64,000 nucleotides of DNA from positions 169,384-233,383 of the forward strand of contig LFCN01000006.1 of assembly GCA_001189075.1 (NCBI GenBank). The letters are read 5' to 3'. Positions 29,861 to 38,359 of the stretch are shown here, in pieces; within the stretch, counting starts at the first letter, position 1, and every line of letters starts with the position of its first letter. The stretch comes from Parcubacteria bacterium C7867-004. GTDB taxonomy: Bacteria; Patescibacteriota; Minisyncoccia; Phycocordibacterales; Phycocordibacteraceae. The position numbers were made by a program, and so were the translations under genes. Under the pieces are notes generated by a model, which was not told the DNA's origin, searched no databases, and worked only from the letters and a program-made list of their open reading frames with translations.

Positions 29861-30721
29861 ATGAATATTGATTACCTCACGCAGCTGCTCACGAACCGCC
29901 TCGCAGCCCTCGCGCTCTCCAAAGATCAGGCGTTCCAATCGGGCGACCTTGAGCGCATCAACCTGCTTGATGTGGAGATGGCAGAAGTAGAGAACACCCT
30001 CTCCCAGCTGCGCCTGCTCTCCAATATCACCATCGCGGCGGCTGTCGCGAACACTACTCCTGCGCAGATAGTCTCGACGGGACTCGATGCCGTTCAGAAC
30101 ATTGTTCAGGGACCTTCGGCGGGTGCCGTTATCAACGGCTACGATATCTCCGCGTATGCGACCGATCCGCTCTACGAGCAGAAAGTGCAGGGTATTCTCG
30201 ACGCGATGCCGGCCTTCGTTACCGCCGAAGATATCGATACCTATGTGCAGGAAGCGGCTCCTGGAAGTCCGGTGACCGGCGCGATGATACTTGCCGCTGC
30301 TTCTGAGAACTTGGTCGACTCCCGCCTCATGATGGCGATCATGCGTAACGATTCGCAATTTGGTACGCAGGGCGTCGGCGCGAGGACCAATAACCCGGGT
30401 AACGTCGGAAATACGGGCACTTCAGAGCAGATGTATCCTTCCTGGGACGAAGGCGTGCGTGCGGGCGCCGAGTGGCTCAGCCGTCATCGCGCGGTAGCTC
30501 CCGTTGCACAAGAGATCGTCATCGAGCCGGTTCCCGAACCAGCACCTACTCCCGCGCCTAAAAAGACCCGGAAGCTCAATATCAAGGTAGAGGAGGATCC
30601 CCGCGTAGATCCCATACCTCCTGTCGAGACCCCTATAGACATCGTTCCGGTTGAAGAGGTGCCGCAAGCGACCACTACCCCGGCCCTTCCTGAAGACCCG
30701 GCGACCACCACCCCCTCGTAG
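29861..30721 (+). CDS. Hypothetical protein with a Pro-rich C-terminal tail
   Basis: Start moved to ATG 29861, immediately after the upstream stop. Internal RTNNPGNVGNTG…YPSWDEGVRAGAEWL segment and a C-terminal PEPAPTPAP…PVEEVP low-complexity tail. Confidence 0.45.
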   Translation: MNIDYLTQLLTNRLAALALSKDQAFQSGDLERINLLDVEMAEVENTLSQLRLLSNITIAAAVANTTPAQIVSTGLDAVQNIVQGPSAGAVINGYDISAYATDPLYEQKVQGILDAMPAFVTAEDIDTYVQEAAPGSPVTGAMILAAASENLVDSRLMMAIMRNDSQFGTQGVGARTNNPGNVGNTGTSEQMYPSWDEGVRAGAEWLSRHRAVAPVAQEIVIEPVPEPAPTPAPKKTRKLNIKVEEDPRVDPIPPVETPIDIVPVEEVPQATTTPALPEDPATTTPS

Positions 30722-30743
30722 TCCGGCGTGAGATACTGGGGCC

Positions 30744-31475
30744 ATGGAGGAGATCGAGGTCTACATCGCTAAGTACGGGCATTACCTGGAGGAGATACGG
30801 AAGCGGATTTACCGCATCGTTATTGTCTATATCGTCGCGTTCCTCGCGGGACTCTTCTCGACGAATCTGTTCGTGCGCTTCTTCATAACGTATCTCAATG
30901 TCGATAACGTGACGATCGTCGCGACTTCGCCGTTTCAGCTGCTTGATCTGGCAATGAGTATCGGGTTCTTCCTTGCGACCATAGTAACCATCCCGTTCGC
31001 CATCCAACAGATCTATTCGTTCCTCAGTGGGGGACTGCTGCCGCACGAGCGAAGGATATTCTTCACACTTATCCCGCTCTCGGTGCTGCTGTTCCTCGTC
31101 GGTTTCACCTACGGGTTCGGGGTCATGTACTACGCGGTAGAGGTCATTGCGCAAGTGAACGTGAGCTTCGGGATAACTAACCTCTGGAACGTCAGCCATT
31201 TCATATCCCAGATGCTGATCACGGCGGCCCTGCTCGGCATGATATTCGAGTTCCCAATCATGCTCACGCTCCTCATACGCATCGGCCTCTTCCCGGTGTC
31301 CTTTTTACGCCGTAAAAGGCGCATTGCTATGGCCGCGATCTTCGTTTTTGTTGCTTTACTTCCCCCAACCGACGGGCTATCCTTTATGATAATGTCCTTG
31401 CCGCTCGTGGGGATATATGAGCTCACTATCGTGCTCAATTCCTTCTACAAGCGGAAAGAACCCTTAGAAACATAA
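30744..31475 (+). CDS. tatC: Twin-arginine translocase subunit TatC
   Basis: HLEEIRKRIYRIVIVYIVAF N-terminal signature with six TM helices. Confidence 0.85.
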   Translation: MEEIEVYIAKYGHYLEEIRKRIYRIVIVYIVAFLAGLFSTNLFVRFFITYLNVDNVTIVATSPFQLLDLAMSIGFFLATIVTIPFAIQQIYSFLSGGLLPHERRIFFTLIPLSVLLFLVGFTYGFGVMYYAVEVIAQVNVSFGITNLWNVSHFISQMLITAALLGMIFEFPIMLTLLIRIGLFPVSFLRRKRRIAMAAIFVFVALLPPTDGLSFMIMSLPLVGIYELTIVLNSFYKRKEPLET

Positions 31476-31487
31476 CTCTCGTCGCCT

Positions 31488-31655
31488 ATGTTCGGACTCG
31501 GATCAAATGAACTGATAATCATCGCAGTCATACTCGTGCTCCTCTTTGGTGCGACCCGCATCCCGGCGCTCACTAAGGGCATCGCGCAGGCAATTCGCGA
31601 GCTTCGCGGCGCGTTCAAGGACGAAGAGTTCAGCGACGAGAAGAAAAAGTCTTAG
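31488..31655 (+). CDS. tatA: Twin-arginine translocase subunit TatA/E
   Basis: MFGLGSNELIIIAVILVLLFGATRIP… followed by an amphipathic helix. 55 aa, below the ORF-track length cutoff. Confidence 0.7.
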   Translation: MFGLGSNELIIIAVILVLLFGATRIPALTKGIAQAIRELRGAFKDEEFSDEKKKS

Positions 31656-31789
31656 TCTCTCCTCCGAGGGACGGATTTTTGTATGAGATATCCGCCAGGA
31701 ATGGCGGGTATAGAGCGCTTCATGAACGTGCGATGATGCTAGAATCATATAGGTAGCGGCTTTCAGTAGGGAAGTGGTGGCGACGGTGC

Positions 31790-34700
31790 ATGAACCTATA
31801 TTTTTCGCATACAAAAACGAGCCGCTCTGCCGCACTATCGGTATTCTTCCCTGTGCTCTTCGCGGCGCTCATGGTTCCCGTCGGCGTCTTTGCCGACTAT
31901 CAGGAATACCTGCCGGGTACGGCAGTGAATATAGGGGAGTTCGTGTATGACGATGATTTCCAGGCGACCACCACGGCCAACTGCATCGTCACGGTCTATG
32001 ACCCGACGGGGGCGGTAGCGGTGAATGCGGCTGCGATGACGGCGACGGCCAACAGCTGGTATTCCTATTCGTTCACGCCGGACTCGATCGAAGGCACCTG
32101 GCCTTCAGAAATGTCCTGTGGTTCAGCGCTTTCAGGCGATCTCGTAAAAGGGGACAAGACATTCGTCGTAACGTCGAATATCGTCTCTTCTTCATCAGTA
32201 GCGGCCCTCGTGAATGCGAACACGAACACGGTAGTGGCATCCGCCAGCTCCTCGCTTGCGTCCACGCTTCCGGCGTCGATATGGAGCTACTCGGGGCGCA
32301 CGCTCACCTCGTTCGGTACGTTAGTTGCCGATATCTGGGCGAACGGCACGCGATCGCTCACCTCGGGCGTCGCTATTGCGAATGATATCTGGGCTGCAAC
32401 GACGCGCACTCTTACCGGAGCCGGACTCGACTCAGGCTCACTCGCCACGCAGTCTGACGTAACGACTGCTTCCTCATCTCTTGGAAGCGCCATAACGACT
32501 GAGACTGCGGCAGTTAATGCCAATACCAACGCAACGGTCGCAACCGCCTCAAGCTCGATTGCCGCAGTCGTAAACGCGAACACAAACACGCAGGTCCTCA
32601 CTGCTTCCACGTCACTCGGCTCGACGCTTGCTTCCATCGGCTCGAGCATAACGAATATCCCGACGGCGGTCTGGGCAGCAGGTACTCGTACACTCACGGG
32701 CTTTGGAACACTCGCGTCTGACGTATGGGTAAATGGAACACGCACCCTTACCGGAGCCGGGCTCGACTCGGGATCACTCGCAACGCAGTCTGACGTAACG
32801 ACCGCCTCTTCATCGCTCGGAAGCGCGATTGCGGCTGAGACATTGGCGGTCAACACCAACACAAATACGCAAGTCTTAACTGCTTCCACATCGCTTGGTT
32901 CAACCCTCACTTCGATTACCGGCTCGATTGCAGGTATACCTGCTGCTGTCTGGGCCGCGGGCACTCGCAGTCTAACGACATTCGGCACGCTCGCCTCTGA
33001 CGTATGGGCAAGCGGCACGAGGACGCTCACGGGCGCAGGGCTCTCGTCCGGCTCGCTCGCTACTCAGACTGACGTGACGACTGCTTCCTCGTCGCTCGGG
33101 AGCGCTATTACCGCCGAAACCGCCGCAGTTAACGCGAACACTAATGCAACCGTCCTTGCTGCGAGTACGTCACTTGCATCCAATATCAATGCAAACACGA
33201 ATCTTCAAGTCTTAACCGCTTCAACATCTCTAGGTTCAACCCTCACCTCAATTGCAGGTTCCATCACCGGTATTCCGGCGGCAGTCTGGGCCGCGGGATC
33301 TCGTACTCTCACCGGCTTCGGCACACTCGCATCTGATGTATGGTCTGTCGGTACCCGTACTCTTACTGGCGCAGGACTTTCGTCCGGTTCGCTTGCAACG
33401 CTTAGCGACGTAACAACCGCGTCTTCATCGCTCGGCTCTGCTATCACGGTTGAAACCGCTGCCGTGAATGCGAATACGAACTCTGCTATCGGTACGGCAA
33501 GTTCTTCGCTGGCCGCGGTTATTAACGCGAACACAAACACGCAGGTCCTCACGGCCTCCACCTCGCTCGGCTCAACACTCGCTTCGATCGGCTCCAGCAT
33601 AACGAATATTCCAACTGCGGTATGGGCGGCAGGAACTCGAAGCCTCACGACCTTTGGCACACTCGCATCTGATGTCTGGTCTGTCGGTACACGCACGCTC
33701 ACCGGCGCAGGTCTCTCCTCCGGCTCGCTCGCTACTCAGACTGACGTGACAACCGCGTCTTCCTCACTCGGAAGCGCTATTACGGCTGGCACCGTTGCGG
33801 TTAATGCGAACACGAATGCAACGGTTGCCAATGCATCAAGCTCGATCGCGGCTGTAGTGAACGCGAACACCAACACGCAGGTCCTCACCGCTTCATCCTC
33901 GCTCGGCGCATCCATAGCGGCTGTTCCACTCTCCGTCTGGAACGTCGCATCCTCTTCGCTCAATGTCGCCGGATCGATTGGAAAGCAACTCGCGCTTAAT
34001 GTTGACGCGGCGATTTCGAGTGTCACGGGAGGTGTCGGATCTCTCACTGCTGCCGACGTATGGTCATACGCGACGCGCACACTCACCGGAGCCGGCCTCG
34101 ACTCGGGATCACTCGCGACGCAGTCTGATGTAACCACCGCGTCCTCTTCGATCGCCGCCGTTGTTAACGGCAACACGAATACGCAGGTCGCAGCCGGAAC
34201 CGCGAGCGTGAACGGAACGATCGGAACCGCCTCGAGCTCGATTGCGGCTGTAGTGAACGCGAACACCAACACGCAGGTCCTCACCGCTTCTACCTCGATT
34301 GGCTCGACACTCTCTTCGATCGGTTCGAGCATAACGAATATCCCGACCGCGGTATGGGCAGCGGGCACCCGTACTCTCACCGGCTTCGGCACACTCGCAT
34401 CTGATGTATGGTCTGTCGGTACCCGCACCCTTACTGGCGCAGGACTATCAAGCGGTTCGCTCGCTACGCTTAGCGACGTAACGACCGCTTCGTCTTCGCT
34501 TGGAAGTGCTATTACGGCTGGAACCGCGAGCGTGAACGCGAACACGAATGCAACGGTGCTTACTGCGTCTTCTTCACTCGCAACGGTGATCAATGCGAAC
34601 ACCAACACGCAGGTTCTGACTGCTTCAACCTCTATCGGTTCGACCCTCACCTCGATTACCGGCTCAATCGCCGGTATTCCAGCGGCAGTCTGGGCCGCGG

Positions 34701-36031
34701 GATCTCGTACCCTCACGGGCTTTGGAACCCTCGCGTCTGACGTGTGGGCGAGCGGTACCAGGACGCTCACGGGAGCTGGTCTCTCCAGTGGCTCGCTCGC
34801 TACGCTTAGCGACGTAACAACCGCCTCTTCATCCGTTGCCGCTTCCGTGAATGCGAATACCAACACGCAGGTTGCCGCAGGGACCGCGAGCGTGAACAGC
34901 AATACCAACGCGGTCGTGCTCGCCGCCTCGACATCGGTCGCGGCATCGGTGAACGCGAATACCAATACCGTCATCACTACCGCGTCTAGCTCGCTCGCCG
35001 CTTCTATAGCCGCGATTCCTACCAACGTATGGGCTGCCGGTACGCGCAGTCTGACGACCTTTGGAACGCTCGCGACCGATGTCTGGAGTGCAGCGACGCG
35101 TACCCTCACGTCGCTTACGCTCTCATCCTCGTCGCCGTGGACCGTGACGATGTCCGACTTCGGCACTATCTCCGCGGGAGACAACTATCTCGCAACGGTG
35201 AACACGCTCTATAACGGAACGCTCACGGATTCGGCGAACCTGCCGACCATCACGGTCTACGATCCGAGCCGCAACGTTATAGTTTCTTCAGCCGCGATGA
35301 CGCGCACAGGAGTCGGTAGCTATACCTACTCCTACACGACGAGCGTGAGCGCCGAGGGCGGCGTATGGGAGAGCGCCATCTCAGCGACGGTTGAGACCGG
35401 AAAGACTCTTCCGGGCAACGACTACTGGAACGTCACGACCTCACCGCCGCAGGTCTTCATAAACAGCGTGACCTCGACCGTCGTGCCGAACATCACTGCG
35501 AGCGTCCGCGTTACGAACGAGGGTGACGTCGCCTACGAGTACCCTTACGAGTGGTGCGTCGTTGCTGATATCAGCAACTCCTGCGGCGGGGGAGACGATA
35601 CGTACTACGCATCGGCTGCGAAGCTGATCGCACCCGGAGAGAACTTCGATACAGTGCTGACCGCGACCGTGCCGGTAACTGGGGTCTACTACTTTAAGGT
35701 TGCCGTCTACTACGGCACCGAAGTCTCGCGTGCATCCCGCCTCTTTACCGCGACCGCAGCGGGAACCCCTGGTACCGGTGGGGGAGGTGGTGGAGGAGGA
35801 GGTGGCGGAGGTGGCGGAGGCGATGATCCGGCTCCGGCAGCAGGCTCCTGCGAGGATCGCGTGCGCGCGGACATCAACTGCGATGGCCGAGTGAACGGCG
35901 TCGACTTCTCGATGCTGCTCGCATTCTGGAAGACCTCTGCTCCGTACCGAAATCCGCGCGTCGACCTCAACCGGGACGCGAAGGTGGATTCCGTCGACTT
36001 CTCGATACTCCTCTATAGCTGGACCCGATAA
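31790..36031 (+). CDS. Giant secreted tandem-repeat surface protein with a C-terminal dockerin-like module
   Basis: Signal peptide MNLYF…VPVGVFADYQ. About ten repeats of 94-112 aa. A (Gly)17 linker. C-terminal DINCDGRVNGVDFSMLLAFWKT and DLNRDAKVDSVDFSILLYSWTR duplicated Ca-loop/helix segments, as in type-I dockerins. Confidence 0.7.
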   Translation: MNLYFSHTKTSRSAALSVFFPVLFAALMVPVGVFADYQEYLPGTAVNIGEFVYDDDFQATTTANCIVTVYDPTGAVAVNAAAMTATANSWYSYSFTPDSIEGTWPSEMSCGSALSGDLVKGDKTFVVTSNIVSSSSVAALVNANTNTVVASASSSLASTLPASIWSYSGRTLTSFGTLVADIWANGTRSLTSGVAIANDIWAATTRTLTGAGLDSGSLATQSDVTTASSSLGSAITTETAAVNANTNATVATASSSIAAVVNANTNTQVLTASTSLGSTLASIGSSITNIPTAVWAAGTRTLTGFGTLASDVWVNGTRTLTGAGLDSGSLATQSDVTTASSSLGSAIAAETLAVNTNTNTQVLTASTSLGSTLTSITGSIAGIPAAVWAAGTRSLTTFGTLASDVWASGTRTLTGAGLSSGSLATQTDVTTASSSLGSAITAETAAVNANTNATVLAASTSLASNINANTNLQVLTASTSLGSTLTSIAGSITGIPAAVWAAGSRTLTGFGTLASDVWSVGTRTLTGAGLSSGSLATLSDVTTASSSLGSAITVETAAVNANTNSAIGTASSSLAAVINANTNTQVLTASTSLGSTLASIGSSITNIPTAVWAAGTRSLTTFGTLASDVWSVGTRTLTGAGLSSGSLATQTDVTTASSSLGSAITAGTVAVNANTNATVANASSSIAAVVNANTNTQVLTASSSLGASIAAVPLSVWNVASSSLNVAGSIGKQLALNVDAAISSVTGGVGSLTAADVWSYATRTLTGAGLDSGSLATQSDVTTASSSIAAVVNGNTNTQVAAGTASVNGTIGTASSSIAAVVNANTNTQVLTASTSIGSTLSSIGSSITNIPTAVWAAGTRTLTGFGTLASDVWSVGTRTLTGAGLSSGSLATLSDVTTASSSLGSAITAGTASVNANTNATVLTASSSLATVINANTNTQVLTASTSIGSTLTSITGSIAGIPAAVWAAGSRTLTGFGTLASDVWASGTRTLTGAGLSSGSLATLSDVTTASSSVAASVNANTNTQVAAGTASVNSNTNAVVLAASTSVAASVNANTNTVITTASSSLAASIAAIPTNVWAAGTRSLTTFGTLATDVWSAATRTLTSLTLSSSSPWTVTMSDFGTISAGDNYLATVNTLYNGTLTDSANLPTITVYDPSRNVIVSSAAMTRTGVGSYTYSYTTSVSAEGGVWESAISATVETGKTLPGNDYWNVTTSPPQVFINSVTSTVVPNITASVRVTNEGDVAYEYPYEWCVVADISNSCGGGDDTYYASAAKLIAPGENFDTVLTATVPVTGVYYFKVAVYYGTEVSRASRLFTATAAGTPGTGGGGGGGGGGGGGGGDDPAPAAGSCEDRVRADINCDGRVNGVDFSMLLAFWKTSAPYRNPRVDLNRDAKVDSVDFSILLYSWTR
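32400..35110 (+). repeat. In-frame tandem DNA repeats (282-336 bp units, about 10 copies, highly similar)
   Basis: Recurring blocks such as gcgaacac(c/a)aacacgcaggtcctcac…tctgacgt(a/g)ac(a/g)ac(c/t)gc. The encoded unit is TASSSLGSAI…AVNANTNTQVLTASTSLGSTL…IPAAVWAAGTRTLTGFGTLASDVW…GTRTLTGAGLSSGSLATQSDVT. Confidence 0.7.
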
Positions 36032-36033
36032 TC

Positions 36034-36891
36034 ATGAACACTATGACCCTCCGCGTACTCATCGTTCTCCTCGCTCTCTCGGTTCTCCCGCAGGGGGTCG
36101 GGGCCGCGGCATTCCTCGTGACTCCTGACGCGGCAACCGTTGGTCAGGAATTCGCGGCGACCATGAGCTTCGCTCCCCAGGGCGAGGCTGTGAATGCAGT
36201 CGAGGGGTCGCTCAAAATACCGGAGGGACTCAGCGTCGTTCGCGTAAGCACGGGAGGCTCAGCACTCGCGCTCTGGCCTGTGTCGCCTGCGTTCTCGCTC
36301 TCGGACCGGACGGTTACGTTCGTCGGAGGAAGTCCTGGCGCGGGACTGCCTGCCGATAGCTCCTCGCTTCTTTTCACGCTCTATCTCAAGGCAGCCGCAC
36401 CGGGAACGTATTCGATCGAGTCTTCCGCAGTGTCCGGTTTCAAAGCTGACGGCACCGGCGACCGTGTCGCTGTTGCCGTCGAGCCCGTCTCGGTCATCGT
36501 TGGTTCGGAAGCGGTCAAATCGACGGCGAAAGCTGATCACGCTGCACCGAACTCGCTCACCGTCGCACTCGGAAGCGATACATCGCTCTTCGATGGTGCG
36601 CCGTTCGTCTCCTTCTTCGCGAGCGACGCGGGAAGCGGCATAGCCGCGTATCAAGCGAAGGAAGGATGGTTCGGCGCGTATAAGCCGGTAGATCGGTACT
36701 ACGTCCTGGCTGACGCAAGTGCCAAGCAGCCGGTATGGATACGCGCGATAGACGCGGAGGGCAACAAGCGTACGGTGCACGTGAAGGGAACCGGTGACAC
36801 GCTCTACTACGCCGGTCTCCTAGCTCTTCCGGTCCTGCTGCTTTTGCTCATCATCGCGTTTCTGGTTTACCGTTTCCGCCCGCGACCATAA
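36034..36891 (+). CDS. Membrane-anchored cohesin-like domain protein 1
   Basis: Signal peptide, then …FLVTPDAATVGQEFAATMSFAPQGEAVNAVEGSLKIPEGLSVVRVSTGGS…, a cohesin-like pattern. C-terminal TM anchor LLALPVLLLLLIIAFLVY. Confidence 0.5.
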   Translation: MNTMTLRVLIVLLALSVLPQGVGAAAFLVTPDAATVGQEFAATMSFAPQGEAVNAVEGSLKIPEGLSVVRVSTGGSALALWPVSPAFSLSDRTVTFVGGSPGAGLPADSSSLLFTLYLKAAAPGTYSIESSAVSGFKADGTGDRVAVAVEPVSVIVGSEAVKSTAKADHAAPNSLTVALGSDTSLFDGAPFVSFFASDAGSGIAAYQAKEGWFGAYKPVDRYYVLADASAKQPVWIRAIDAEGNKRTVHVKGTGDTLYYAGLLALPVLLLLLIIAFLVYRFRPRP

Positions 36892-38336
36892 TGAAAAGAT
36901 TCCTCATCTTCTTGCTCCTCGCTCTGTCGCTTCCCGCGACCTCGCATGCGGCAACGATGAGCCTCATTCCGTCCGATACTACGGTTGATACCGGGGATAT
37001 CGTCACGGTCCGTGTAGTGGTTAATCCGGGGGGCACGGCGGTGAACAATGCCGAAGCGGTAGTGAGGTTCCCGGCGGGTGTTCTCGAGGTTCTTTCTGTA
37101 AGCAAAGCTGGCTCGATGTTCCCGCTCTGGGTAGAGGATCCGAGCTTCTCGAACGGGGCGGGGACGGTGTCTTTTAACGGAGGCGTTCCGAACCCGGGCG
37201 TCTCGAGCGCGGGCACGGCGCTCTCGATAAGCTTTCATGCGGTTCGAGCAGGTACCGCGTCCTTGTCGCTTTCGGAAGCGGCAGTACGTGCGAACGACGG
37301 TCTCGGTACCGATGTCCTCACCGGCTCCTCAGGAACGCAGATCACGATCTTATCCGCTTCAGCGCCCGTTACTCCCACTACACCTGTACCGACTGCACCT
37401 GCTACTGGTACGGGAGCTGCGCCGGTGAGCGCAGGACCGATAGCGATCTCTTCGCCGACACACCCCGACTCGAATATCTGGTACGCAAATACCACCCCGT
37501 CCTTCACCTGGTCACTGCCGAAGGGGGCAACCGGCGTATCGCTCGGCATCGATCAATCGCCAGCAGCGGCACCTGGTGTCACCTACACCACCGCGATAAC
37601 CGAGAAGACCGTTGCATCGCTTGAAGACGGCACCTGGTACTTCCGCATGAAGTATCGCTCGGGAGGAGCCTGGAGCACGATAAGCTCCTACAAGGTTCAG
37701 ATTGATTCCAGTTTGCCTGAGATAACAAATCACACGGTCCTCTATGACGAGACAGAGCGCGCAGTTCTAATTGAGGTAGCGGGAACCGATTCAGGATCGG
37801 GCATTGAGCGGTACGATGTCTCGATAGACGGCGCTGAGCCGATCTCGGTCCCAGCGAGCAAGTTTGATGGAAAGTCGCAGTCTTTCCCGGTTCGCTCCTC
37901 CGGCATCCATAAAGTGACCATAACCGCGATAGATCACGCCGGGAACCGGGTGAGCGTCGAGAACTCCTTCTCGGTATCGCAATCGCTGAGCAATCAGCCG
38001 CTGTTCTTCATCGGCTCATTCGGCGTGAGTCTCCTGGCGGTGCTTCTTGCCATGAGTCTCTTCTCGATGATCTCGCTCATCGCGGCGCTCTTCGCCTGGT
38101 TCACGCTCATCTACTACCGCCATCGGAAGCATCCGACCGTTCCGGCGGTGCGTAAGGACATGCACGAGGGCTTCCTTAAGATTAAGTCGAATATGGAGAT
38201 AGATATCCGGGCGCTTGATAGGGCACGCATGAAGCGCGAGCTCTCGCGGGAGGAGGCGATGCTCTACCGCAGGCTAGTTGCCAACGTGTCTGCCCTCGAG
38301 CGTCATATGGACAGGATACTGGATGATATGGATTAG
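36891..38336 (+). CDS. Membrane-anchored cohesin-like domain protein 2 with Ig-like middle region and cytoplasmic tail
   Basis: Signal peptide. SLIPSDTTVDTGDIVTVRVVVNPGGTAVNNAEAVVRFPAGVLEVLSVSKAGSMFPLWVEDPSF…GTASLSL follows the cohesin beta-sandwich pattern. TM at about aa 375-400, then a charged cytoplasmic tail. Confidence 0.55.
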   Translation: MKRFLIFLLLALSLPATSHAATMSLIPSDTTVDTGDIVTVRVVVNPGGTAVNNAEAVVRFPAGVLEVLSVSKAGSMFPLWVEDPSFSNGAGTVSFNGGVPNPGVSSAGTALSISFHAVRAGTASLSLSEAAVRANDGLGTDVLTGSSGTQITILSASAPVTPTTPVPTAPATGTGAAPVSAGPIAISSPTHPDSNIWYANTTPSFTWSLPKGATGVSLGIDQSPAAAPGVTYTTAITEKTVASLEDGTWYFRMKYRSGGAWSTISSYKVQIDSSLPEITNHTVLYDETERAVLIEVAGTDSGSGIERYDVSIDGAEPISVPASKFDGKSQSFPVRSSGIHKVTITAIDHAGNRVSVENSFSVSQSLSNQPLFFIGSFGVSLLAVLLAMSLFSMISLIAALFAWFTLIYYRHRKHPTVPAVRKDMHEGFLKIKSNMEIDIRALDRARMKRELSREEAMLYRRLVANVSALERHMDRILDDMD

Positions 38337-38359
38337 GTTCTATCATCAATTACTCAAAA

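Noticed and set aside
32400-35110. CRISPR array
   Set aside because: The regular repeats here are 282-336-bp protein-coding units without spacer structure. No short direct repeats with unique spacers and no cas genes are present anywhere in the window.
33736-35184. 482-aa (and other 165-247-aa) minus-strand ORFs across the tandem-repeat region
   Set aside because: They are antisense to the in-frame repeat array. They are repetitive low-complexity translations and an artefact of stop-free repeats.
35710-35970. Minus-strand ORF encoding a poly-proline run
   Set aside because: It is simply the reverse complement of the (GGN)17 glycine linker codons of the giant protein.
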